From assembly GCA_964590255.1 (NCBI GenBank), contig CAZPYA010000013.1, forward strand, positions 1,549 to 65,548: a stretch of DNA of 64,000 nucleotides, given 5' to 3'. The notes beneath the pieces are model-generated. The model saw nothing but the letters and a program-made list of their open reading frames with translations, ran no database searches and was not told the DNA's origin. Positions 45,901-54,957 of this stretch are shown in pieces (within the stretch, counting starts at the first letter, position 1; each line of letters opens with the position of its first letter). Source of the stretch: an uncultured bacterium. Its GTDB lineage: Bacteria; Armatimonadota; Hebobacteria; CAIYQO01. A program made the position numbers and the translations under genes.

Positions 45901-48900
45901 CTGCCGCCGGCCAGTATCGCGTCAGCTATAAGATCACCGACGAACAGAAGCACGAAGTGGAGGGCGGCTATGTCTTCTACGTGCGCGGCGAAGGCGACGA
46001 CGGCAGCAAATTCCGCTTCAGCGACCTGGAGCTGGTCACCGACAAGCGCGAATACCAGCCCGGCGAGACGGTGAACCTGCTCGTCAATACGAACAAGGAC
46101 GATGCCACCGTGCTGCTCTTTGTCCGCCCGGTTAACGGCGTCTGCAACGCGCCAAAGGTACTGCGCCTCAACGGCAAGAGCGCGCTGGAGAAGCTCCTCG
46201 TGGGGAAAGGCGACATGCCGAACTTCTTCGTGGAAGCCCTCACCGTCGCCGACGGCAAGGTCTACTCCGAAATGCGCGAGGTGATGGTGCCGCCCGAACA
46301 GCGCGCGCTGAACGTGCAGGTGCAGCCTGCGTCGTCGCTGCTGCAGCCCGGCAAGGACAACAACCTGAAGGTGAAGGTGACCGGCGCCGACGGCAAGCCC
46401 TACACCGGCTCGCTGGTGGTCAGCGTCTATGACAAGGCCGTGGAGTATATCTCCGGCGGCAGCAACATCCCGGAAATCAAAGCCTTCTTCTGGAAGTGGC
46501 AGCGCCACCACAACCCCAGTGTCGAGCATAGCCTCAACCGCGGCGGTTATAACATCGTCATGTTCGAACAGCATATGGCGATGCTCGGTGTCTTCGGCCA
46601 CGCCACCGCGGACGACGAGTTGTCCGAGCACGAAGAAATGGACAGTATAAGAGTAGTTACTGACGGGAACGTAAGGATGCTGGGCCGCGCGATGAATGAC
46701 ACGCTAGCCGCCTCTGATTCCGCGATGGCCCCGGCGCCCATGATGAGCGCGGCGAAATCCGCGGGATTTGCCGGTGATAAAGCCGACCGTGCCGCCGAGG
46801 GTGGCGGTGGCGGCGGCAGTGCCCCGATGGCCGCGGCCACCGTGCGCACAAACTTCGCCGATACCGCGTTGTGGGTCGCGGCCATCACCACCGACGCCAA
46901 CGGCGCCGCCACCATTCCGGTGAAGATGCCCGATAGCCTCACCACCTGGAAGGCGCGGGTATGGGCGATGGGCGACGGCTCCCGCGTGGGCGAAGGCACC
47001 GCCGAGATCATCACCAAAAAGAACATCATGGTGCGGCTGGAAGCCCCGCGCTTCTTCATCACCAAGGATGAAGTCGTCGTGTCCGCCATCGTGCACAACT
47101 ACCTGGCGACGACGAAGTCGGTGCAGGTGTCGCTGAAAGTGGAAAATGACGTGCTGGAGTCGGTGAACGCCACGGCCGAACCGCTCACCCGCACGGTGAA
47201 GGTGGCACCGAACACCGACGTGCGCGTCGACTGGCGAGTGCGGGTGGTGCGCTCTGACTTCGCGCACGTCACCGTGCAGGCGCTCACCGATCAAGAATCG
47301 GATGCCATGAAGATGGTCTTCCCGGCCTACATTCACGGCATGCTGAAGACCGATAGCTACAGCGGCGCCATCCGGCCGGACGGCAATGAGTCCTCGGTGA
47401 CGTTGAAAGTGCCGGCGGATCGCCTGCCGAAGCACAGCCGCCTGGAAGTGCGCTATTCGCCGTCGCTGGCCGGCGCCATGGTGGACGCGCTGCCCTACCT
47501 GGTCAGCTACCCCTACGAGAACACCGAGGCGGTGCTGAACCGCTTCCTGCCCACCGTCATCACCCAGAAGGTGCTGCTGAACATGGGCCTCAACCTGAAG
47601 GACATCCAGGCGAAGCGCACCAATCTCAACGCCCAGGAAATCGGCGACGACAAGCAGCGCGCCCAGGACTGGAAGCGCATATACGAGCCGTGGGAGGGGG
47701 AGCGCAACCCCGTCTTCGATGACGCCGAAGTCGCGAAGATGGCCGCCCACAACCTGGGACGCTTGCAGAGCATGCAGGTCTCCGATGGCGGCTGGGGATG
47801 GTTCAGCGGATATGGCGAGCAGTCATGGCCGCATACCACCGCACTGGTGGTGCACGGCCTGCAGATCGCCCGCGCCAACGGCAGCAACGTGCCGCCCGAG
47901 ATGATTGCCCGCGGCATCCAGTGGTTGAAGGGCTACCAGACGCAGCAAATCGAGTGGTTGAAGCGCGGCGACCAGGTGCGCGCAAACGGCGACCTGGCCC
48001 GTGAGATGCGTTACTACAAGATGGCTGCCGATGCGCTGGATGCCTTCGTCTACATGGTCCTCGTCGACGAGAAGGCTGACAACCTGGAGATGCGCAACTA
48101 CTTGTGGCGCGACAAAGTCGGTCTGCCTGTCTACGCTAAGAGCATGTTCGCCATGGCACTGCACGATCTCAACGACATCGAGAAGCGCGATGCAGTGATT
48201 CACAACATCGAGCAGTTCCTCGTGCAGGACAATGAGAACCAGACCGCCTACCTGAAACTGCCGGAAGGCAACTGGTGGTACTGGTACGGCAGCGAATACG
48301 AAGCACAAGCCTACTACCTGAAGCTGCTGGCGCGCACCGCGCCGAAGAGCGACACGGCGTCGCGGTTGGCGAAGTATCTCATCAACAACCGCAAGCACGC
48401 CACCTACTGGAACAGCACCCGCGACACCGCCATCGTCATCGAGGCGCTGGCCGACTACATGAAGGCCAGCGGCGAGGATCAACCGAACATGACGGTGGAC
48501 GTTAAGCTGGACGGCAGGACGATGAAGACCGTGCGTATCGACGGCGGCAACCTCTTCAGCTTCGACAACAAGCTGGTGCTGGAAGGCCCGGCCATCACCA
48601 CCGGCGAGCACACCCTCACCCTGGTGAAGCGGGGCACCGGCGCGCTGTATTTCAACGCCTACCTGACGAACTTCACCACCGAGGACATGATCACCAAGGC
48701 CGGCCTCGAAGTGAAGGTGAACCGCAAGTTCTACAAGCTGGTGCGCGTGGAGAAGACGACGAAGGTCGCCGGCACCCGCGGACAGCCGCTCGATCAGCGC
48801 GTGGAGAAATACACCCGCTTCGAGTTGGCGAACCTGGCCACGCTGAAGAGCGGCGACCTGGTTGAAGTGGAGTTGGAAATCGACTCGAAGAACGACTACG

Positions 48901-49178
48901 AATACCTGATGTTCTCCGACATGAAGGCGTCGGGCTTCGAGCCGGTCGAGGTACGCAGCGGCTATGGCAACAACGAGATGGGGGCCTACATGGAGATGCG
49001 CGACAACCGCGTCTGCTTCTTCGTCCGCCAACTCGCCCGTGGCAAGCATAGCCTAAGCTACCGCCTCCGCGCGGAAATCCCGGGCAAGTTCAGCGCCATG
49101 CCCGCCACCGCCGCCGGCATCTACGCCCCCGAACTGAAAGGCAACTCCGACGAAATCAAACTCAACATCATGGACTGA
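42972..49178 (+). CDS. alpha-2-macroglobulin family protein, 2068 aa, thioester motif absent
   Basis: It has a signal peptide. MG-domain-like repeats are present. VRTNFADTALW..DSLTTWKARVWAM matches the A2M signature. The TED-like region has YPYENTEAV where YPYGCxEQT is expected. A C-terminal receptor-binding-like domain is present. Confidence 0.85.
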   Translation: MKYLRVLLLLALCAVPLLFLGPLRPVSGQAPDPKIRENATQAMGKGNWKDAYADLSRLALDPQNDPGKVGQDLQNAIQCLRQLGRVDEIDDLREKAIALHAKNWRLLFAAAQSLQNDQHNGFMIAGKFARGGHRGGGKWVNCYERDRVRALQLMEQALAHIEPTDNRVEVSNFYATFAGMMMGNRGWSESWRLQYLTDIASLPDYDEGYYYGYGSGRGAPVDENGDPIFFGVPDGWKTAQNDGERWRYLIAMSVLAQPEREAEMQMQFAGFLHAQFGVETLARYSWFARSFEADGGKPGRYAVQTLTDAETMARLATGPKRFALPDEHNPILIYQQVAQGNSSYRKQAIATLAQIFENRRQYDRAVACWRLLIDDKNYNAQHRINQILGNWGMFEPVVTQPAGQGATIEFRFRNANSVNLTAKAIDIKALLNDVRTHIKSNPNRLEWNQIEIGNLGYRLVQEKQTKYIGEQVAEWDAPLTPRPNHFDRRVTLRTPLKTAGAYELTARMPNGNISKIIIWVADLAIVKKPLNNAVFYYVADAVTGKPIANAALDFFGYRQRWVNTTNGQGKHEITTAGFQKSTDADGQLILAGTDQPNDFQWLITATAGNRFTYHGFTGAWYQPLQNPVFENAKAFVITDRPVYRPEQTVKFKFWVNQAKYDLDGKCPYAGMQFTVRVNNPMGEKAQEKTYTADAYGGFDGEFKPDGAAKLGVYSIQLINGKVYGGGSFRLEEYKKPEFEVKVQAPTEPVALGETITARIEAKYLFGAPVTNAKVKYKVLRSGHTADWYPVDRWDWLYRPGYWWYGYDYAWYPGWRDWGCVRPMPIWWGYRGQPQPELIAEAEVPVGADGTVPVTIDTALAKELLGDTDHRYEITAEVTDSSRRTIVGTGSVLVSRKPFKIYAWLDSGHYRVGDAIQANFNAHTLNGNPVKGRGIVRLLKVAYKTDPMGNDVPVETEVQRWPLDTRDDGTARLQMKAAAAGQYRVSYKITDEQKHEVEGGYVFYVRGEGDDGSKFRFSDLELVTDKREYQPGETVNLLVNTNKDDATVLLFVRPVNGVCNAPKVLRLNGKSALEKLLVGKGDMPNFFVEALTVADGKVYSEMREVMVPPEQRALNVQVQPASSLLQPGKDNNLKVKVTGADGKPYTGSLVVSVYDKAVEYISGGSNIPEIKAFFWKWQRHHNPSVEHSLNRGGYNIVMFEQHMAMLGVFGHATADDELSEHEEMDSIRVVTDGNVRMLGRAMNDTLAASDSAMAPAPMMSAAKSAGFAGDKADRAAEGGGGGGSAPMAAATVRTNFADTALWVAAITTDANGAATIPVKMPDSLTTWKARVWAMGDGSRVGEGTAEIITKKNIMVRLEAPRFFITKDEVVVSAIVHNYLATTKSVQVSLKVENDVLESVNATAEPLTRTVKVAPNTDVRVDWRVRVVRSDFAHVTVQALTDQESDAMKMVFPAYIHGMLKTDSYSGAIRPDGNESSVTLKVPADRLPKHSRLEVRYSPSLAGAMVDALPYLVSYPYENTEAVLNRFLPTVITQKVLLNMGLNLKDIQAKRTNLNAQEIGDDKQRAQDWKRIYEPWEGERNPVFDDAEVAKMAAHNLGRLQSMQVSDGGWGWFSGYGEQSWPHTTALVVHGLQIARANGSNVPPEMIARGIQWLKGYQTQQIEWLKRGDQVRANGDLAREMRYYKMAADALDAFVYMVLVDEKADNLEMRNYLWRDKVGLPVYAKSMFAMALHDLNDIEKRDAVIHNIEQFLVQDNENQTAYLKLPEGNWWYWYGSEYEAQAYYLKLLARTAPKSDTASRLAKYLINNRKHATYWNSTRDTAIVIEALADYMKASGEDQPNMTVDVKLDGRTMKTVRIDGGNLFSFDNKLVLEGPAITTGEHTLTLVKRGTGALYFNAYLTNFTTEDMITKAGLEVKVNRKFYKLVRVEKTTKVAGTRGQPLDQRVEKYTRFELANLATLKSGDLVEVELEIDSKNDYEYLMFSDMKASGFEPVEVRSGYGNNEMGAYMEMRDNRVCFFVRQLARGKHSLSYRLRAEIPGKFSAMPATAAGIYAPELKGNSDEIKLNIMD

Positions 49179-49208
49179 CGGGCACGATCAAGAAGATCAG
49201 ACACCAAA

Positions 49209-49233
49209 CGGGGGCGGCCACGATGGCCGCCCC
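49209..49233. terminator. GC-rich terminator hairpin after the A2M gene
   Basis: GGGGGCGGCC-ACGAT-GGCCGCCCCC, followed by GCGCTTTGT. The complement is followed by GTTTGGTGT. Confidence 0.6.
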
Positions 49234-49270
49234 CGCGCTTTGTCGCTCTATCGGGCTCGTAGTAAGCCAC

Positions 49271-49403
49271 GCAGCGAAGCGGAGTGGCGTACGATTAAAC
49301 ACACCGTCATCGCCCTATCGCTGTAGATGCATCCTGACAACGGAATACCCACCTCGCCAGCCCCAGCAAGACGACTGAAATTAGACAGCCGTTTCAACGA
49401 CTG
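49271..49403 (-). repeat. ~135-nt intergenic repeat, copy B (inverted relative to 5494-5628)
   Basis: See copy A. By eye about three quarters of positions are identical over ~135 nt. Confidence 0.75.
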
Positions 49404-49434
49404 GTAACAATACTTGGGATGCTGGACTTGGCAC

Positions 49435-52400
49435 TCACGCCGCCCGCACCACCTTCACCCGCTTCATCTTCCCGCTCTGCTTCAACACGGCGTCTTTCCC
49501 ATACACGGTCATCGTCTTGCCGTCATAGATCAACGCCGCGGCGGTGAGGGAGGTGAGCGTTACGCCGTTTGATGAGATAGATCCCTGCTGCACCATCATC
49601 CGTAGTGGCGCGGAACCACCGGTGCGCACGAATCCGGCATGGCCGGAGAAAGTGACGTTTGCATCCTTGTATGTGCTGGCGGCATCGGCGCCAATGAAGA
49701 GACGGTCTTCTCGATTCTTCCAGGTGATCGCTACCCCCGCATCGCCGAGGTTGCGATATGTCGGCGCTTCCGAGCCGGGCCAGCGAGGCACGAAGAGCGT
49801 CAGGTAATGCGTCTGCCCCGCCGACTGCTCGATACGCACCAGTTGCTGATACTCATACATCTTCGGATTGGCGTTATACGATTGGTTCGGCCCGGTGCCG
49901 ACGGCGTCGGTAACGATCTTCGGCGCACGTGGCGCGGCGATGAACATATCCAGATCGACGCCGCACTGTCCTTCGAAATGGTGCGATTGCCCGATCAGTG
50001 TCGGCGCGGCTTTCCAGTTTTTGCCCATATTGGCCAGCCAGGCGGTATCGGTGCCCTTGGTCGGGATCACGCCCGGCTTTTCCAGTCCGTCTGGTTGTAC
50101 CGCTTTGGACAGCACCCACCAGTGCAGCGCGGAGGGGGCGTCGGCGCGCAATACATCGTCGCGCACCAGCAGGTATTCCGGGTCGTCGCGGTCCAGGTCT
50201 TTTGCGAAGAGCACGCTTCGCCGCCAGGAATTATTCAGCGTCACGCCGTCAGCATAATCGGCCAGGTTGCCCAGGCTGGCAAAGGCAGTCATCGTGCCCA
50301 GCCCGTTCATCCAGTCCTGCTCGTGCATGCCGTCGGCGAAGAGCAGCCGGTTGCCGAACGGCACGCTCATCAGGTGCGGCTGTCCTTGCTGTCCCATCCA
50401 GTACCCGCCAAAGCGCGGCAGCAGCGGCGCGCCCTTGCCATAAAAATACACCGCGCCGTTATTCGCCTCATACAGGTTCCAGGCGAACGGGTCATGCCGG
50501 AAGATGACATTGGACTCGAAGCCGCTGCCCACCTGGCTGCGGAAGATGGCGCCGAAGCCTTCCCAGCGCCGGCTGTGTAGCGGAGGGGTGGCAGCAGCCT
50601 GCGCCGGCAGCTTGCTGATGGCCAGCAGCGTCAGCGACAGGTCGCGGCCGCCGGTGGTGCCCATGTTGTCCGGCGACGGCTTGCCCTGCTGTTCCCAATA
50701 CCAGCGCATCAGCTTGCCATGTTCCGGATCGCCCGCACCGAACGGATCGGCGCCGATGAGGAAGGTCGGGTCGATGACTCCAGAGGAGCTGCGACCCAGC
50801 GGGTGATAGACCCGCCGTCCGCCCATGCGCGGCTCCGGCGGCGTCAACATGTCGCCCAGATACTGGTAGGTCATCTTCTCGCGCTGTATCCACGCTCGCG
50901 ACTGCGGCGTGTCGATGCCCGCGCGGGTGAGCGCCGTCCAGAACGGCCCGAAGCGCATGGTGTCGCGCGCGGAATAGAACGGTGATTCCAGGTGTACCCC
51001 GCCGGGCGACACTGAGGCGGGCATCACCCGTTCGTTCTCCTCCAGTGCGAACTGCAGCCACGCCGGCAGGTGCGGATGGTTCGCCAGCAGGCACGCGGTC
51101 ATCGCCACCCCGGCGAAATAGCAGTGCTTCTGGTTCGGCGTACCCTGCACATAACCGGGGTAGGGATCCGGCTTGTTCGGCTCATACGCGTAGTTCGGCG
51201 GGCACCAGAAGGAATCGTGCATCAGGTATGACGTGAACGCCAGCTTGCTTAGAAACGTCTTACGCTGTTCCGGCGTCATGCGCTCGCCTGCCATGAACTC
51301 CATGCCGATGTAGCGCTGCAGCAGTTCATCGGTCGCCTGCATCATATTGTAGACCGAATTCGTGTAATAGCCGCTCTCGTTCAGGTTGATGTCGATGAAT
51401 TTATCCAGATAGGCGGTCGGGTTGTTCGTCGTCGCCAGTTGATCCAGGTATTTCGCGTCACCGGTGTAGAGGTAAGCCGCCGCCACCTCGGTATCGATGC
51501 GCGGTTTCAGCTTGTTCATCAACGTGCTGATCGCCGGTTCGGCCTGCATGCGGGCACGGATGGCCGGCATATCCGCTTTACTGAAGAAGGCATGGGGAAA
51601 TTCGATGCGATCCATGCCGTCCCAGGTGAGCTGCCAGTTGCTCACCTTGTCCAACGGCAATACGACGCGCGTGAACCACCAGCGGTAGAACTCCTTTACC
51701 GGATTTGCCGCGAAGTCGCCCTGTTTGCCGACATACAGTGCCCAGTGCCGCTGTCCCTTGCCCAGCGAGCCGCGGAGGTTGAACTGCTCCGGCGCTGATT
51801 CCAGATACAGCGCCTGGTTATACGGGAACGGCAACCAGTCAGCATCGGTGCTCACCAGGCCGATGGTATTGCCATGCGGATCGCCGGCCAGCAGATAGGC
51901 ATTGGCCACGCCGGTGAAGAAGAAGCTCCACCCGGTGAACATCGCCACCTGCGCCGGCGCGGCGTAGGTGATGGGCAGCGACTTCCCTTTCTCGGAAGTG
52001 GCGTTCGCCTCGTAATAGGCCGTGGTTGGACGCACGGCGGCGCCAAAGGGGAAGGTGACGCTGCCGGCATTGACATATGATTCATCGATGCGCGCCAGCG
52101 GTTCCCCGCTGCGCAGCGTGACGGTGACAACATACCGTCCACCACCCACGAAGGTGAAGGTTGTGCGGGCACGAAGAAACAGTGGTCCCTGCGCCAGCAC
52201 TTCAGTCGTATACGCGGTGAAATTGCCGGCGGGTTCTTTGGGATCAACTGCCTGTGGCAGACCGGGGATGCGCTCGAAAACGAAGGTGTCCTTCGTCTTG
52301 AGCAGTGACGGGCCACTCCATGTCCCGTTCGCCAGCTTCACCCCCAGAATAGGGCCTGGCAACGCGCCGCCGACGGTGACGTTCAGGTATGTCGCCAGTG

Positions 52401-52866
52401 CCGCGGGTTGCGCGTTGGGCGGTAGAGCCCACTCGCCTGCCGGCAGCCGCACCGCTGTGACGCCGTTGCGCAGTTCAAGAATATTGCCGACGCGCTCGAT
52501 CGCCAGGTCGGTCTGCGCCGCTGGGGCAGCATCAGCGCGTGAGCGGAGCGTGAATGATCGCGTCGCGTTTGCGGGCAGGTCGCTGCGGAACCAAACATCG
52601 GCCGATTTGATGCTGCCGTCTGGGTGCAGCGTCACCGCGTCGAGTTGGCAGATCACAACCGTGCCATCGCGCAGCAGTTCCAACTTGCCGGAGAAGAGCT
52701 GGCCGGCGGGGAATTCGAGGCGGCGATGTACCAGGTCTTCCGCCCAGGGATGTCCGAGCGATTCAATCAGGGTGATCGGACGCTCATAGGCGTGCGCGGT
52801 GGAGCCCAGCACCACCGCGAGCAGCGCTCCAACGATGAGCAGGGTGGGAGAGAAAGTCATCGACAT
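49435..52866 (-). CDS. large secreted protein, heparinase II/III-like (polysaccharide-lyase-like) architecture, function unknown
   Basis: 1143 aa with a signal peptide. The central segment HPHLPAWLQFALEENERVMP..GGVHLESPFY resembles the toroid domain of the 3280-5400 protein. Further on, ..LLFADGMHEQ..DDPEYLLVRDDV resembles its C-terminal sandwich. Confidence 0.45.
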   Translation of the reverse strand: MSMTFSPTLLIVGALLAVVLGSTAHAYERPITLIESLGHPWAEDLVHRRLEFPAGQLFSGKLELLRDGTVVICQLDAVTLHPDGSIKSADVWFRSDLPANATRSFTLRSRADAAPAAQTDLAIERVGNILELRNGVTAVRLPAGEWALPPNAQPAALATYLNVTVGGALPGPILGVKLANGTWSGPSLLKTKDTFVFERIPGLPQAVDPKEPAGNFTAYTTEVLAQGPLFLRARTTFTFVGGGRYVVTVTLRSGEPLARIDESYVNAGSVTFPFGAAVRPTTAYYEANATSEKGKSLPITYAAPAQVAMFTGWSFFFTGVANAYLLAGDPHGNTIGLVSTDADWLPFPYNQALYLESAPEQFNLRGSLGKGQRHWALYVGKQGDFAANPVKEFYRWWFTRVVLPLDKVSNWQLTWDGMDRIEFPHAFFSKADMPAIRARMQAEPAISTLMNKLKPRIDTEVAAAYLYTGDAKYLDQLATTNNPTAYLDKFIDINLNESGYYTNSVYNMMQATDELLQRYIGMEFMAGERMTPEQRKTFLSKLAFTSYLMHDSFWCPPNYAYEPNKPDPYPGYVQGTPNQKHCYFAGVAMTACLLANHPHLPAWLQFALEENERVMPASVSPGGVHLESPFYSARDTMRFGPFWTALTRAGIDTPQSRAWIQREKMTYQYLGDMLTPPEPRMGGRRVYHPLGRSSSGVIDPTFLIGADPFGAGDPEHGKLMRWYWEQQGKPSPDNMGTTGGRDLSLTLLAISKLPAQAAATPPLHSRRWEGFGAIFRSQVGSGFESNVIFRHDPFAWNLYEANNGAVYFYGKGAPLLPRFGGYWMGQQGQPHLMSVPFGNRLLFADGMHEQDWMNGLGTMTAFASLGNLADYADGVTLNNSWRRSVLFAKDLDRDDPEYLLVRDDVLRADAPSALHWWVLSKAVQPDGLEKPGVIPTKGTDTAWLANMGKNWKAAPTLIGQSHHFEGQCGVDLDMFIAAPRAPKIVTDAVGTGPNQSYNANPKMYEYQQLVRIEQSAGQTHYLTLFVPRWPGSEAPTYRNLGDAGVAITWKNREDRLFIGADAASTYKDANVTFSGHAGFVRTGGSAPLRMMVQQGSISSNGVTLTSLTAAALIYDGKTMTVYGKDAVLKQSGKMKRVKVVRAA

Positions 52867-52883
52867 TGAGCAGTCTCCAATTG

Positions 52884-54179
52884 TTACGGGTAAATGCCAC
52901 GCAGTTTCGTCGCTTCGGCCACGCGGTTGATGGCCAGCGTGTGCGCGGCCATGCGCGGCGCGATGTGCAGGCGATCAGCCTCGCGCATCACCAGGTGGAA
53001 GGAGTCGATCATAATGCGTTCGAGTTGCCGGTTGATCTCTTCTTCGCTCCAGAAATGCGCTTGCAGCCCCTGCACCCACTCAAAGTATGACACCGTCACG
53101 CCGCCGGCGTTGCAGAGGATGTCCGGGATGATCAGGCAATCTTTCGCAGCGAGAACGGCATCCGCTTCCGGGGTGGTCGGCCCGTTGGCGCCTTCCGCGA
53201 TGATGCGCGCCCGCACCGTGTGGGCGTTGTCCGCGCGCAGTTGGTTTTCGATGGCTGCCAACACCAGCACGTCGGCGTCGAGAGCCAGCAACTCGTCATT
53301 CGTCAGGGCATCGCCACCGGGGAAGCCGGATATCCGCTGTCCATTCGCCGTCGCGTAGGCATGCAGCGCCGGGATATCCAGGCCACGAGCATTCGACACG
53401 CCACCGCTGGCATCGGCCACCGCGATGACGCGCGCTCCCTGCTCTGCCAGCAGGGACGCCGCCACGCCGCCCACGTTGCCGAAGCCTTGCACGGCGACGG
53501 TGGTGCCGGCCAGCGTGCGCCCCTGCGCCAGCAAAGCCTCGCGGATGCAGAACGTGACGCCGCGTCCGGTGGCTTCCAGGCGTCCCAGGCTGCCGCCCAC
53601 CTGCAGCGGCTTGCCGGTGACCACCGCCGGCACGCTATAACCTTTCTGCATGGAGTAGGTATCCATGATCCAGGCCATCACTTTGGGATTCGTATTCACG
53701 TCCGGCGCGGGAATGTCGCTCTCTGGACCGAAGAGGAGCATCATCTCGGTGGTATAGCGCCGGGTGAGCGCGCACAGCTCATGCTCGCTCAATAGCGACG
53801 GGTCAACCACGACGCCGCCTTTCGCGCCGCCGTAGGGAATATTCACCACCGCGCACTTCCACGTCATCCACATTGCCAGCGCGCGCACGTCGTTCAGGTC
53901 CACATGTGGGTGAAAGCGGATGCCGCCTTTGCTGGGCCCGCGGATGGTGTTATGGTGCACGCGGATGCCGGTGAACATCTTCAGCGCGCCGCTATCCATC
54001 ATCACGGGAAAATTCACCGTAAGCTCGCGCCGGGGGTGGCGGAGAAAGTTGCGAATGCCGTCGTCAAGTTCAAGCAGGGCAGCCGCCTGATCGAACTGCT
54101 GCAGCGCCGAATGGTAGGTGCTGCCATGCGGCGGCACGGTGCCGTCGGCCAACGGGCAGATCTGTGGAAGGGTGGTCAT
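52884..54179 (-). CDS. gdhA: Glu/Leu/Phe/Val dehydrogenase family, glutamate dehydrogenase
   Basis: It contains GGIRFHP..DVRALAMWMTWKCAVVNIPYGGAKGG and the NAD(P) site GFGNVG. A GGAGGAG RBS is present. Confidence 0.9.
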   Translation of the reverse strand: MTTLPQICPLADGTVPPHGSTYHSALQQFDQAAALLELDDGIRNFLRHPRRELTVNFPVMMDSGALKMFTGIRVHHNTIRGPSKGGIRFHPHVDLNDVRALAMWMTWKCAVVNIPYGGAKGGVVVDPSLLSEHELCALTRRYTTEMMLLFGPESDIPAPDVNTNPKVMAWIMDTYSMQKGYSVPAVVTGKPLQVGGSLGRLEATGRGVTFCIREALLAQGRTLAGTTVAVQGFGNVGGVAASLLAEQGARVIAVADASGGVSNARGLDIPALHAYATANGQRISGFPGGDALTNDELLALDADVLVLAAIENQLRADNAHTVRARIIAEGANGPTTPEADAVLAAKDCLIIPDILCNAGGVTVSYFEWVQGLQAHFWSEEEINRQLERIMIDSFHLVMREADRLHIAPRMAAHTLAINRVAEATKLRGIYP

Positions 54180-54254
54180 CTCACTTCTCCTCCATGCAGG
54201 CTTTCAACAACTATACGGCGAATCCTGCATCATCGTGGCCGATCTGTCGTCAAC

Positions 54255-54283
54255 TTGACGATGGAAAAATCGCATGTTAGCAT
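54255..54283 (+). promoter_or_regulatory. candidate promoter for the lipoprotein operon
   Basis: TTGACG (54255-54260), a 17-nt spacer, then TAGCAT (54278-54283). AAGGAGG follows before ATG 54306. Confidence 0.4.
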
Positions 54284-54305
54284 GACGATGACGAAGGAGG
54301 ATGAC

Positions 54306-54944
54306 ATGCGTATCACCATGGCTGGTTTTCTGCTGATCCTGTCCTGCCTGCTGCTCGGTTGCCAGACCGGCAAGGTGCAGTCCGTCGCGCGTGGCAATGG
54401 CTCCTCGACGACCGACTCCCCCGCCACGCGAAGCGCGCTGGCGCTATCGGTCACCGATGGCGCGGGCAAGTCCGCACTGGCGATCAATGGCACCGAGACG
54501 AAATATTCAGTCTCCGCGAATGGCACGGCAGTCGGCGCCATTAAGCTGAAGGAAGGCAAGCTGAAGCTGTATGATACCGCCGGCAAGCAAACCGGCGCGG
54601 TAAAATACAAAGATGGCGATTATTCGCTCCGCGATGCATCCGATGCAAAGATTGCCAAGTTCGCACCGAAAGAAGGCGGCTTTCGCCTGAAAGATACCGC
54701 CGGCAATTTTCTGCTGAAAATCAAGCCGAAAGACGACGGACTGAAAGTCTCGGACGGCAGCGATGCTGTGCTCGGGAAGGGAACGATCAACGGCACTACC
54801 GTGACGTTAAAAAGCGAGGCCGGCGCCGTGCTCTATACCGTCAGCGGTGCCGCTGACCCCATCGCTTCAGGAATAATGCTGGCCAAATCGCTATCACCAT
54901 TGCAGAAAGCCGCGCTGATGCTCGCACCCGCTTTGTTGAAATAA
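54306..54944 (+). CDS. lipoprotein with ~7 tandem 20-aa beta-hairpin-like repeats
   Basis: The lipobox is LLLGC (Cys19). Example repeats are KLKLYDTAGKQTGAVKYKDG / DYSLRDASDAKIAKFAPKEG / GFRLKDTAGNFLLKIKPKDD / GLKVSDGSDAVLGKGTINGT. The true start is far inside the 53904 ORF given in the track. Confidence 0.75.
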   Translation: MRITMAGFLLILSCLLLGCQTGKVQSVARGNGSSTTDSPATRSALALSVTDGAGKSALAINGTETKYSVSANGTAVGAIKLKEGKLKLYDTAGKQTGAVKYKDGDYSLRDASDAKIAKFAPKEGGFRLKDTAGNFLLKIKPKDDGLKVSDGSDAVLGKGTINGTTVTLKSEAGAVLYTVSGAADPIASGIMLAKSLSPLQKAALMLAPALLK

Positions 54945-54957
54945 TCGAGGTTCCGTC

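Noticed and set aside
53904-54305. N-terminal extensions of ORF-track entries (53904-54944, 55076-56341, 16391-17548, 57415-58590, 59529-60881, 22294-24327, 32818-33849 and others).
   Set aside because: The extensions overlap neighbouring genes or intergenic repeats and lack protein-like sequence. Internal starts with an RBS and a signal peptide or conserved N-terminus fit better.
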